Below, in pieces: positions 52,545-61,721 of a stretch of 64,000 nucleotides of DNA (positions within the stretch are counted from its first letter, which is position 1; every line of letters starts with the position of its first letter). The stretch is from an uncultured Clostridia bacterium (lineage in GTDB: Bacteria > Bacillota > Clostridia > Oscillospirales > Acutalibacteraceae): the NCBI GenBank assembly GCA_944384825.1, contig CALWUT010000021.1, forward strand, positions 4,399-68,398, in the 5' to 3' direction. The position numbers and the translations under genes were made by a program. Below the pieces are notes generated by a model, which saw only the letters and a list, made by a program, of their open reading frames with translations, had not been told where the DNA came from and made no database searches.

Positions 52545-53300
52545 TTAAAGATCTAATAAATGGTTAAAAAAGTCTAAGGCTTTAAAGTTATCTGATACAT
52601 GAATTTTAACGTATTTTTCTGTAATCTTTGATAAATTATTTAAATTACTATCAGAAATTGCAAAATTAAATAAATTTTCAAGAGACGAGTAAACTATATG
52701 CCTTAAGGTTGAAAGTACGGAAGAATTAATTAAATCGGCAAAGCTTACAGTATAATCGTCTATACATTTACTGCAAAATAGTTTACCCTGTCTTGAAGAA
52801 AAGTACATTTTATCTGCATTATAAAGCTTGCAGCTACTGCATGAAACAAGCATGGGTGCATACCCACATAGTGAACAGGTTCTTAATTCAAAAATGCATT
52901 TTATAAGTCTTAAATCTCTTTTCTTATTTGATAAATAAAATAAACAATTTAAAATAACTCTAAGAAATTCAGAAGATATTTCCTTGTCAGGATAAAGTGA
53001 TAAGGTTAACTGAGAAAAGTACTGAGCTAATGCCAAACACTTTAAATCATTTCGAATTTCAAAAAAACGCTCTTTTATTTCAAAATCATTTATAATATAA
53101 CCATTTTTAGCAACATAAATATTAAATTTACAGTACATAAAAATCTCAGTAAAAAATTGTCTATTATTATACTTTCGATTTTTGGAATTCTTTATAAAAG
53201 CTGATATTATACCCATTTCACGAGTAAGTATGTTAATTACTTTATTGTTTTCCGTGAGATTCTTTTCCCATATTATTATTCCATTCACATCTATTTTCAT
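52545..53300 (-). CDS. recO: DNA repair protein RecO
   Basis: 251 aa. OB-fold N-terminus, Cys4 cluster CSLCGY...CSSCK...CSKC, conserved era-yqzL-recO order. Confidence 0.8.
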   Translation of the reverse strand: MKIDVNGIIIWEKNLTENNKVINILTREMGIISAFIKNSKNRKYNNRQFFTEIFMYCKFNIYVAKNGYIINDFEIKERFFEIRNDLKCLALAQYFSQLTLSLYPDKEISSEFLRVILNCLFYLSNKKRDLRLIKCIFELRTCSLCGYAPMLVSCSSCKLYNADKMYFSSRQGKLFCSKCIDDYTVSFADLINSSVLSTLRHIVYSSLENLFNFAISDSNLNNLSKITEKYVKIHVSDNFKALDFFNHLLDL

Positions 53301-53451
53301 TTTCTACTCCTTGAAACGGGGATACATTAATCAAACTATTTTGAACGTTCAACGCCATATTATTTTTGGACTGCAGCTGTATACGATAATTTAAATAATC
53401 TGAAATCGCACCAGTAGCTTCAAATTTTTTCCAAGCTGAGTCAGCGCTCAT
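53242..53451 (-). CDS. yqzL: YqzL-family small protein
   Basis: MSADSAWKKFEATGAISDYLNYR matches the YqzL N-terminus, and its position between era and recO is as in Bacillus subtilis. The 3' end overlaps recO. Confidence 0.55.
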   Translation of the reverse strand: MSADSAWKKFEATGAISDYLNYRIQLQSKNNMALNVQNSLINVSPFQGVENENRCEWNNNMGKESHGKQ

Positions 53452-53578
53452 AGTTATTCCTCCTTTTTTGACCCATAATTTTACTTTAAAAAATGAATGT
53501 GTTCAGCATAGTTTGATTATACAATATTATCTAAAAAAATATAAGATGTTTTTAAATTTTTCTAAGATTTTAATATTT

Positions 53579-54484
53579 TTAATTATCCATATATCCTAAG
53601 TCACGTAAAATATATTCTTTATCCCGCCAATCCTCTTTTACTTTAACAAAAAGATTCAAATTCACTTTATAACCTAAAAGCTCTTCTAATGCTTTACGAG
53701 ATTCTGTCCCTATTTTTTTGATCATCTTTCCACCTGAACCGATAATCATTCCTTTATGGCTCTTACGTTCACAGTATATAGTAGCACTAATATCGCGAGT
53801 GCCGGAATTTTTTTCTTTAAAGTATTCAATAAATACTGCTGTACCATGTGGAAGTTCCTTGTCTAGAAAAAGCAGTAACTTTTCACGTATTATTTCGCCA
53901 GCTAACACTTTTTCGGTTTGGTCAGTTATATCTTCCTTTGGAAAAAAGAATACTGAAGGTTTAGATAATTTTTTAATTTCTTCTATAAGCTCTTTTTTGC
54001 CTTCACCTGTTTTAGCTGAAATAGGAATTATCGATACATAATTAAATAATTTATTGAATTCTTCCATGTACTTTATAATTTCTGATTTATTTTTTAATGT
54101 ATCTATTTTATTTATAACTAGAATCACTTGTAATTTAAGCTTATTAAATTTTTTTATAAGACTTAAATCTGTTTCAGAAATTAAGTTATTAGGTTCCACG
54201 ACGTGTAAACATGCTTCTGCACCATTAAGTGATTGATCTACCTGTGCAGTCATATAATCTCCTAACCGATTCCAAGGCTTATGAAGTCCGGGAGTATCTA
54301 TAAAAACAAGTTGAACATTTTTATCCGTAAAAATTCCTCTAATTCTACTTCTAGTGGTTTGTGGTTTAGGTGAAACTATAGATACTTTAGAATTTATAAG
54401 CATATTCATAATTGACGACTTTCCTACGTTAGGTCTACCTACTAGTGATACAAATAATGAACGAGTACAGTCGATGTTCCCCAT
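53579..54484 (-). CDS. era: GTPase Era
   Basis: VSLVGRPNVGKSS...DTPGLH...NKID, plus a C-terminal KH domain. Confidence 0.9.
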   Translation of the reverse strand: MGNIDCTRSLFVSLVGRPNVGKSSIMNMLINSKVSIVSPKPQTTRSRIRGIFTDKNVQLVFIDTPGLHKPWNRLGDYMTAQVDQSLNGAEACLHVVEPNNLISETDLSLIKKFNKLKLQVILVINKIDTLKNKSEIIKYMEEFNKLFNYVSIIPISAKTGEGKKELIEEIKKLSKPSVFFFPKEDITDQTEKVLAGEIIREKLLLFLDKELPHGTAVFIEYFKEKNSGTRDISATIYCERKSHKGMIIGSGGKMIKKIGTESRKALEELLGYKVNLNLFVKVKEDWRDKEYILRDLGYMDN

Positions 54485-54535
54485 TTTAATTTCCCCCAGA
54501 TTTTAATATGAAATATTTCAATATGCATATGATTG

Positions 54536-55066
54536 CTAATCTTGCTTTTCAACGTTTAATTCTGATTTCTCATTTTTACGTTTTATTCGATATAGTAGGC
54601 CTTTAAACCGATTTTTCATTTCTATTGGGCCTAAAAATATATATTTATAACTAATAAAAATGCAGAAGCTTAGTAATAAAATGAGTATTGGGTGTGCATA
54701 AAAAAACGCCCACATTTTAATGTAAGCGCTAAAATCGTTAAAAAGCATTGCTCCAATAGCTATGGCGGTTCCACACATTATTAACACCGCTCCTGCCGCT
54801 ACATCCTTTGCAACTTTAGCTGCAGCATTATAATCTTTCGAATACAAGTCTATTAAATTTTCTATTGCACTATTAAACATTTCGGCCATTATAACTAATC
54901 CAATTGCTAAGATTAAAATAGCATATTTAAGAAACGTCATATCAAAGAACAATGAAAATATTAACACATACATAGCAACTACTGTATGAATTCTCATATT
55001 GCGTTCATTCTTTACTGCGTAAATTATGCCTTTAATTGCAAACTTTAAACTTTTTATCGTATTCAT
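54536..55066 (-). CDS. dgkA: diacylglycerol/undecaprenol kinase
   Basis: FAIKGIIYAVKNERNMRIH...SAIENLIDL...AKDVAAGAVL. At 176 aa it is longer than usual (extra C-terminal hydrophobic segment). Confidence 0.8.
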   Translation of the reverse strand: MNTIKSLKFAIKGIIYAVKNERNMRIHTVVAMYVLIFSLFFDMTFLKYAILILAIGLVIMAEMFNSAIENLIDLYSKDYNAAAKVAKDVAAGAVLIMCGTAIAIGAMLFNDFSAYIKMWAFFYAHPILILLLSFCIFISYKYIFLGPIEMKNRFKGLLYRIKRKNEKSELNVEKQD

Positions 55067-55597
55067 TTATTCTTCATCTTCTGTGATGTATGAAACAGCG
55101 TTAGAAAATCCAAGTAAATCAAGAACTCTTTCTTCGCGCTCTCTCATATGTCTCTTTTCCATACCACCGCGTTCATGATCATATCCAAGTAAATGCAGCA
55201 TACCGTGGGCAACTAAATAAGCAATTTCTCTTCTCATGGAATGTCCGTATATCTCGCTTTGATCTATTACTTTTTCCATTGAAATGACTATATCGCCCAG
55301 TATTTGAGCATTGGTTTCAGGATCAACCTCATAAGCGCCATTTTTAGTCATAGGAAATGATAATACATCCGTAGGTACGTCTTTATTTCTAAATTGTTTA
55401 TTTAGACTTTGTATGTACGGGTTGTCCACAAATGTTACACTAACCTCTGCTGACCCTTTAAATTTTTCTAATTTTAATACAGCATTGCAGCACCTTCTGA
55501 CAAGCATTCTTATGCCTGTAGGAATTTTTATTTCTTTTTGTCTGTTTACTATGATTACTCTGGTTCTGTCTACCACTATTGATGTCATCCTTTCCAT
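55067..55597 (-). CDS. ybeY: rRNA maturation endoribonuclease YbeY
   Basis: Zinc motif HGMLHLLGYDH. Confidence 0.85.
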   Translation of the reverse strand: MERMTSIVVDRTRVIIVNRQKEIKIPTGIRMLVRRCCNAVLKLEKFKGSAEVSVTFVDNPYIQSLNKQFRNKDVPTDVLSFPMTKNGAYEVDPETNAQILGDIVISMEKVIDQSEIYGHSMRREIAYLVAHGMLHLLGYDHERGGMEKRHMREREERVLDLLGFSNAVSYITEDEE

Positions 55598-55882
55598 AAC
55601 AAACGAATTTTCTAAATTATTACTTATTAATTAACAAAAATCTAAAATTACTAACAGTTTTTAAATTTTCAATCTTTAAGTCTCAATAATTTTTATTTGC
55701 TGAAACTTTTCTTTTTTCTATCTAAACAAATTAAATTCATTATTACTTAAAGAAGATTTTTAAAAACATTGTGCAGAAATTAATTATAAAATTTTTTAAA
55801 ACAACTGTCAAATATTTTTATGTTAAAAATTTTAAGGATAATTTACGATTTTATGTAATAGTATAACAAATAGTCACATTGC

Positions 55883-57070
55883 CTATTCAGAATTAAATGA
55901 AATTCCTTGCTTTTCAGCTATATTTTCTATGCAAGTAAACGTAACTTCAGAAATAAACTCTTCTCCTTCTTCGTGATTTTCTACATCTTTGGAAATTATT
56001 TTTAAATCTTTTAATTCTTCTTCTTTCTCTTTAATAATTTCATTCATACACTTTTCCGCTTCATCTTGAGAAAGTATTTTTTCTTCACATTCTTGATGAT
56101 AACACACTTCCTTATTTAAAATAATCGGCAAATCAAATCCAAAAAAGTTTAGCTTATTGCTAATTTCTTCAATTCTGTATTGATCATCTACACTTCTCCA
56201 GGGAGTAAGAGGAATTTCCTTTCCCAAAGTATTTATACTAAGCTTTTTGACGATTTTTCCACTATCTACAGCATAAAGTTGATTCATTTTTATTTTTTCA
56301 GTAATTTTGCGCTTAGTTTTTGCGAATACTTTTCCTTCAGCCCCTACAAAACTTGTTTTTCCTTCTTCTTCCTGAAGCACTCCGCTTATGAGTATTTGAC
56401 CTTTCGTTACTGCGTCTCCTTCTTTTACAATAGGGTTACCACTATAAGATTCCAAGCGCTCAATCTGTCCTTCGCTTGATGCTACAATATTACATGGTTC
56501 ACCTTTTTTCGCTATTTCGGGAGACTTAATCTTCTCTTTTATGGAAACGTTTACACAGCTTCCATTTACATTAATTGACATCCAAGATATATCAGTTATT
56601 TTAGACATCACCTCTTGTTTTAGAAGAGCGGAATTGATATGTGTTTTTAACGCTCCCGGTTTTACCCCTAAATCTTTCATTACTGCAGTTATCTCAGAAG
56701 TAGTTATTAATTCATTTCCGTAAACATTTATATTCCAAATGTAGAGTGAAAGAAATTTAAGAATTCCTACAAATATAATCGTTCCTATAATTATTCCTAT
56801 ACGTTTTTTATACTTAAAAGCAAAAAAAGGCCATCCGTATTTTTTCTTAATTTTTATTTTTGAGTTGGCTTTACGAGATCTGCTTCGAAGTAATTTATAA
56901 TCTGACGCTAAAACTTTTGCATAAAGACTTCCATTAATCTTTTTTAAATCCCATAAATTTATACGCTCTTTAGCTACATTATTTACAAATTTTTCCGGAA
57001 ACTCTCCTGTTAGTTTAAAGGATACATATCCACATACCCATCTTATAGCTTTAATTATCAAAATTTTCAC
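55883..57070 (-). CDS. yqfD: sporulation protein YqfD
   Basis: 395 aa. GYVSFKLTGEFPEKFVNNVAKERINLWDL N-terminus, central TM segment, downstream of yqfC. Confidence 0.75.
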   Translation of the reverse strand: MKILIIKAIRWVCGYVSFKLTGEFPEKFVNNVAKERINLWDLKKINGSLYAKVLASDYKLLRSRSRKANSKIKIKKKYGWPFFAFKYKKRIGIIIGTIIFVGILKFLSLYIWNINVYGNELITTSEITAVMKDLGVKPGALKTHINSALLKQEVMSKITDISWMSINVNGSCVNVSIKEKIKSPEIAKKGEPCNIVASSEGQIERLESYSGNPIVKEGDAVTKGQILISGVLQEEEGKTSFVGAEGKVFAKTKRKITEKIKMNQLYAVDSGKIVKKLSINTLGKEIPLTPWRSVDDQYRIEEISNKLNFFGFDLPIILNKEVCYHQECEEKILSQDEAEKCMNEIIKEKEEELKDLKIISKDVENHEEGEEFISEVTFTCIENIAEKQGISFNSE

Positions 57071-57105
57071 CCCTAACCATAAGCTTAAAATGTATCCTTT
57101 TTAAG

Positions 57106-57399
57106 TTACGTGATAAATTCTATAGAAGTAATAAATCCGCGAATTATTAATGAATCAGAAGTTAAATATTTGATTTCCAGTTTCCTGCCAAAAAAAGATA
57201 TGGACATTTTATTCATTTTTACTTTTACTATATTTTCATCATATAGTGAAATGCTTTTACAACCTTCAACAATCACTTCACGATTGCCCTTTATCTCTAA
57301 ATTTACAGGGCATAACATAATTCCTGCTGAAGAATCTTTTAAATTTTCAAAGCTTAATAGATTCTTATATTTCTTTATGAGACTCTTTTTATTAGGCAA
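57106..57399 (-). CDS. yqfC: sporulation protein YqfC
   Basis: 97 aa. LEIKGNREVIVEGCKSISLYDENIVKV...LEIKYLTSDSLIIRGFITSIEF. Confidence 0.75.
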   Translation of the reverse strand: MPNKKSLIKKYKNLLSFENLKDSSAGIMLCPVNLEIKGNREVIVEGCKSISLYDENIVKVKMNKMSISFFGRKLEIKYLTSDSLIIRGFITSIEFIT

Positions 57400-57530
57400 T
57401 TCGTAAAGTCACCTTCTTTCACTATAAAACTACTATAAATTTATATATTATTCTTCTTTTAAAATAATATGCTTGTGTATAAATAAAAATCACTTTCCTC
57501 TACATATACATAAAGGAAAGGTGGTTTATT

Positions 57531-58679
57531 GTGAAAATTACTATTAAAGAAAAAAAATATATATACCAACTAATTAAGAAAATTTTTTTGACTGTAATTG
57601 TATTGATGGCTGGATATACAACTTTAAAATGTCCACAAGCTGCTTACCAAGGTGTTTTAACAGGCATAAAATATTGTATTGAAATATTAGTTCCTTCCCT
57701 TTTCCCTTTGATGTTTCTGTCTAAATTTATTGTAATATCAAGCTTGCTGGATTTTTTCAAAAAACCTATGAATCTTATTACCAAGCTTTTATTTTATCTT
57801 CCCGGTACTGCAGCGCCTACTATATTACTAAGTCTTATAGGAGGGTATCCCATAGGAGCTTTAGGAGTTAAAGCCTTATATGATAGAAAAGAAATAAACT
57901 CCGAACAGTTAAACAGAATGATGTTTTTTAATATTAATGCAGGCCCTGGATTTATTATAAATGTAATAGGATTTTCATTGCTAAAAAAACCATTTTTAGG
58001 AGTAATAGTCTTGGTAGGGCAAATATTCATATCTTTATTTATAGGAGTAATTTGTGGAATTTATGCCCGCTTAACAAATAAGCTTATGTACTATAAGGTA
58101 AATAATAAACGTGAAGAAATATTATTCTCTCAAGCTTTTATAGAAACTACTTCTCAAATATCTTACACTTTAATTAATATGTGCGCGTTAATAATAATCT
58201 TTAGCTACTTAATAGCTATAATTAAAGAATGGAGAGTACTTGAAGCGGTAGAATTCATTAGTTCTCATTTTAAAATAGAACCAAATAATATATTATTTTT
58301 ATTAATTTCCAGCCTGGAAATAACTTGCGGATGCTCACTTATAACAAACAAGCTTATCCCTTTGCCTATCATAGCTCTAGCTCTAGGTTATGGAGGAATA
58401 TGTACACATTTTCAAGTCTTAGATATTTTGAAGAATACTAAGTTCAACTATTTAAAATTTACTTTATTCAGACTGATAAATGGTATTAGTTCTTTAATAA
58501 TAACTCATATTCTACTGAAAATAACTCCAACAACTCTTTCAACTTTTTTTTCTAATATAAATTCTTCGGTACCTTCACTTAAAACTACAATATGCGGTAG
58601 TATAACAATATTAATATTATGTACCTACTTCACATTAATTCTAAACCGATATAATAATTCGAATCAAGCTTTTAAATGA
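57531..58679 (+). CDS. ylbJ: sporulation integral membrane protein YlbJ-like (nucleoside-recognition domain)
   Basis: 382 aa polytopic protein. AAYQGVLTGIKYCIEILVPSLFPLMFLSKF matches the YlbJ N-terminus. GTG start. Confidence 0.6.
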   Translation: MKITIKEKKYIYQLIKKIFLTVIVLMAGYTTLKCPQAAYQGVLTGIKYCIEILVPSLFPLMFLSKFIVISSLLDFFKKPMNLITKLLFYLPGTAAPTILLSLIGGYPIGALGVKALYDRKEINSEQLNRMMFFNINAGPGFIINVIGFSLLKKPFLGVIVLVGQIFISLFIGVICGIYARLTNKLMYYKVNNKREEILFSQAFIETTSQISYTLINMCALIIIFSYLIAIIKEWRVLEAVEFISSHFKIEPNNILFLLISSLEITCGCSLITNKLIPLPIIALALGYGGICTHFQVLDILKNTKFNYLKFTLFRLINGISSLIITHILLKITPTTLSTFFSNINSSVPSLKTTICGSITILILCTYFTLILNRYNNSNQAFK

Positions 58680-58949
58680 TTTTATTCTTTGAAAATTTTT
58701 GTTAACTAAAAATATTCATAAAATTAAATAAAATAAGAAAAAACGAGATCCTTATATAGTTAGCAAATCAGTAATATATATTATCAAAAGGTATTTCTAT
58801 TTCAGGGTTCCTGGTTTTACACAAAACACAGATATTGTGTACCTAAAATCTTTAGGGTCAATATTATCTATATAATTTCGTCTTAGTTTTTCTTTTGCTT
58901 TCCCGCTCAATTTTTCATATTTGTACACAAGTCGATATTTTGATAAAAT

Positions 58950-59315
58950 TCATATAGAATCGGAGATTTACTGCAATTAAAATTTTCTGATTTCTTCCAT
59001 CAAGATTACTCTTACAAAAAAGAGCTTGATGTGTTTTAGAAAAAACCAATTAGAGGATTTTATCTTGATAGATATGTTTTCAGAAGTCAAAAATGGTAAA
59101 ATAGTCCGATTGCCAAATCTTGCGCAAGAAAAATATTTAATGAAATAACAATAGATTTAAAACTTCCGTATCATTGTTCGACGTACTTTCTCAGAAAAAC
59201 CTTTGCGTATTGGTTTTTGCAAGTACATAAAAATAACATGACCGCACTTGCAACACTTCAAGATATTTTAAATCACAGCTCCGAAAAAATGACTCTTAAA
59301 TATTGCAGTGTCTAA
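58950..59315 (+). pseudogene. tyrosine recombinase remnant (C-terminal catalytic region, multiple stops)
   Basis: ...LPYHCSTYFLRKTFAYWFLQVHKNNMTALATLQDILNHSSEKMTLKYCSV carries the H-x-x-R, H and Y catalytic pattern. The upstream frame is broken by stops. Left boundary is approximate. Confidence 0.5.
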
Positions 59316-59369
59316 AACGAACGAAAAGAGCATATACTTAAAAGCTTAGAAAATTTGTGATAACAAACA

Positions 59370-59792
59370 CTAAACGAAATCATCATATTCACTGTTCCAT
59401 AGTTCTAGTGTTTGAGAAATTTCCGAAAATATTTCAGCATCTCTTTTATCTATATTACTTAATTTCCAATCAGTTGTTTTCAAATGAGTCATTTGATTTG
59501 TAAGAACAATTTTAGACTTAGAATATTTTTCTTTCTTTTTCTCAAAATACCCATCACCAGCTTGAATATTTAGTTTTTTCTCAAGCGGAAGTTTGTTACC
59601 AACATGCTTTATTTTTTCCTTTATAACTTCTTCGCTAACCTTAGCAAAATAAGAATTTTTATATTTATGAGGTAATATATGTTCTATTTTCCATTTTTTA
59701 GGTAAAAGACCATCTTGCAGATTATAGGCTAAAATTTTCAATATCATTGGTACGAGATATCGACTTGGCAATTTTAAATTTTCTTTTAGCAT
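59370..59792 (-). CDS. DUF1524 (GmrSD C-terminal HNH-like nuclease) domain fragment
   Basis: 140 aa. WKIEHILPHK...HVGNKLPLEKKLNIQAGDGYFEKKKEKY resembles the DUF1524 motif. It lacks the DUF262 N-terminal half, so it is probably a remnant. Confidence 0.5.
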   Translation of the reverse strand: MLKENLKLPSRYLVPMILKILAYNLQDGLLPKKWKIEHILPHKYKNSYFAKVSEEVIKEKIKHVGNKLPLEKKLNIQAGDGYFEKKKEKYSKSKIVLTNQMTHLKTTDWKLSNIDKRDAEIFSEISQTLELWNSEYDDFV

Positions 59793-59851
59793 AGATATAT
59801 CATCTTATTTGAAGTTGAAGATAGGTGTAGAGGATTCTATGATACTGACAT

Positions 59852-60950
59852 TTAACTGTAAAATTTCAATTTTTCCTGCTCTTCATGTTCCCATAGTTCC
59901 TTACCTTTACCACCATAAAGCTGCTTCTCTACAGTAAACAATTTTTCTTTATATTCAAACTCAGACTTAAGAAGTGAATTTTTCTTTTCAAGCTCTAAAA
60001 TTTCTTTTATGTTACTTCCTATTTTGTCTCTTATAGCGGTAATTTGTGCCATGTATTCAAAAATTTTATTTTCTAAAAACTCCCTCATGTCTTTACTAAG
60101 AGACGGAGAAGATAGCATATTTTGTACTCTGCCTAAATTATAAGATAAAATTCTGAACTTCTGAGCTATTAAATCTGCCTCTTTTGCTTTCCCTTCAAGC
60201 GTCGTTACATGACCTAAAGCTTTAAGTCTTTTTTCTACAATATCAAACGGTATTTCAAGGTCCGATACCTTTTCTTTTAACTCATTAAGAGCTTTATTTG
60301 CCTCATTTCTTGGATTAGATGCAGTACTTCGAGAACTGTGAGGAGTGGATGAGCGAGTTCTACTAGCTCTGGGTATCGATGTCCTCGGCGTTCTTGGTGT
60401 TCGTGGAGTAGACGTTCTTGCCCTTGATCCACTCGAAGAACGCAAAACCTTACTTATTTACGCTTTGCTTGTGCTTAAAACATTGTCCATTAGCTGCTTA
60501 TAATTGTTATATGAAGAAACCGCAGCCTTAACCCCTTCGCTCGCTCCTGAATACTCGACCATGCCATCTTCATTAACTTTAAATCCCGTTAATGACTTTA
60601 ATTTATCAAATCTGTCCGCTAAAGCTAAATTATTATTTTTGATAGCATTTGTATGAGCATCAATAACTCCGGACTGCGACTCGGTATTTCCTGTTAATTC
60701 TCCGGTCGCAGCAGCTGCATCACGCTCGGCAGCAGCTAAAGCCTCAGTTAAAACGGAGTCAAGCATCGTAATTTGTGTATCTTGCATTTTTGCTGTAAGC
60801 ATATCTCTTAACGCTTGTTCATTTAACACTAATTGCCCATTTTCTACAGAAAGCAAAGAAATATATTCGCTGCCTAAAGATAAAAGACCTTCAGCGGACT
60901 TACTGGATGATGCTGATTCGGATAATAAGAATGGATTAAGTCTAAATTAT
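59852..60950 (-). pseudogene. 5'-truncated coiled-coil/tape-measure-like gene with in-frame TAA and an S/T/P/R-rich linker
   Basis: Frame opens after a TAA near 60950 with no start. Reads ...SAEGLLSLGSEYISLLSVENGQLVLNEQALRDML...STSKA-TAA(60458-60460)-ISKVLRSSSGSRARTSTPRTPRTPRTS... Confidence 0.55.
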
Positions 60951-61191
60951 GATTAATTTCAGCTATAATTTCTTTTGCTTCTCGTGTTATATTCAAACAC
61001 TTAATACTATCTCTTAACTCAAATGTTCTCTCGTAAATTTTTTGGAAATACGAAGAGCATACAATCTCATCAATTTTAGACTTTAAAGCATTTGCTATAC
61101 AATCTCCCAATCCATCATTTTCACTTATAGCTAATTTAGTTTGATTTAGTATATACTCCTCATGTTCTTCGATGCTGCTTACTTCTTTCAT
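60874..61191 (-). CDS. hypothetical protein (105 aa), third cassette position
   Basis: GGGGGA RBS before MKEVSSIEEHEEYIL.... Follows the third PINYPDGA-type junction remnant. Confidence 0.45.
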   Translation of the reverse strand: MKEVSSIEEHEEYILNQTKLAISENDGLGDCIANALKSKIDEIVCSSYFQKIYERTFELRDSIKCLNITREAKEIIAEINHNLDLIHSYYPNQHHPVSPLKVFYL

Positions 61192-61350
61192 TATTTGTCC
61201 CCCATAAAAATAAATAACCATACGTCGAACGTACAGTTATAGTAAATTTTCTTTAATTAAAAAATTATTTTATTTCTTGCTCCAAATTTTTAAACTCTTG
61301 CGCTCCATCAGGGTAATTTATTGGCGAATATGTGCTATGCTACTATGAGT

Positions 61351-61638
61351 TTATATTGTTCTATTCCATACTCTTACCTTAGTAATTACATCACGCAAAC
61401 GATACTTTCCCACCATATACTCTAAAACTTCGTCCGCATTTGCACAAATTTTCTCAGTTTCCTGTTTATTCGCTTCATATATTGCTATACCATTAGAATC
61501 CGCTACTATTCCATAAATTTTATCTTCCCATTCAAACTCTACTTCACTATTAGAACTCATTGCCCATTTAAATTCATTTATTGTCTTAAATCTATTTTCT
61601 TCAAAGTATTCATCATTTGGTACATTTCCATTATTCAT
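61351..61638 (-). CDS. 95-aa protein paralogous to the C-terminal module of the DUF4417 fusion
   Basis: NRFKTINEFKWAMSSNSEVEFEWEDKIYGI...ADEVLEYMVGKYRLRDVITKVRVWNRTI aligns with NRFETISEFKWCVDNGGEVEFEYNDVIYNI...AEEVLEYVIEGKKLREIIKDIIVWNRTL. Confidence 0.65.
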   Translation of the reverse strand: MNNGNVPNDEYFEENRFKTINEFKWAMSSNSEVEFEWEDKIYGIVADSNGIAIYEANKQETEKICANADEVLEYMVGKYRLRDVITKVRVWNRTI

Positions 61639-61721
61639 ATTAGCTACTCCTTCGTAACTTTTAAATTCAGGTGCTCCGTCTAGATAATTTATTGGTTAAC
61701 AGGTAATATGCTCATGCGAAT

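Noticed and set aside
3920-60460. Possibility that the in-frame TAA/TAG codons (3920, 10057, 16271, 60458) reflect stop-codon reassignment or programmed readthrough in the phage
   Set aside because: There is only one such codon per gene, and they co-occur with plain frameshifts. TAA and TAG also terminate the neighbouring intact phage and host genes normally. No suppressor tRNA is seen; the only tRNA is Arg-ACG. Decay by point mutation in AT-biased DNA is the simpler reading.
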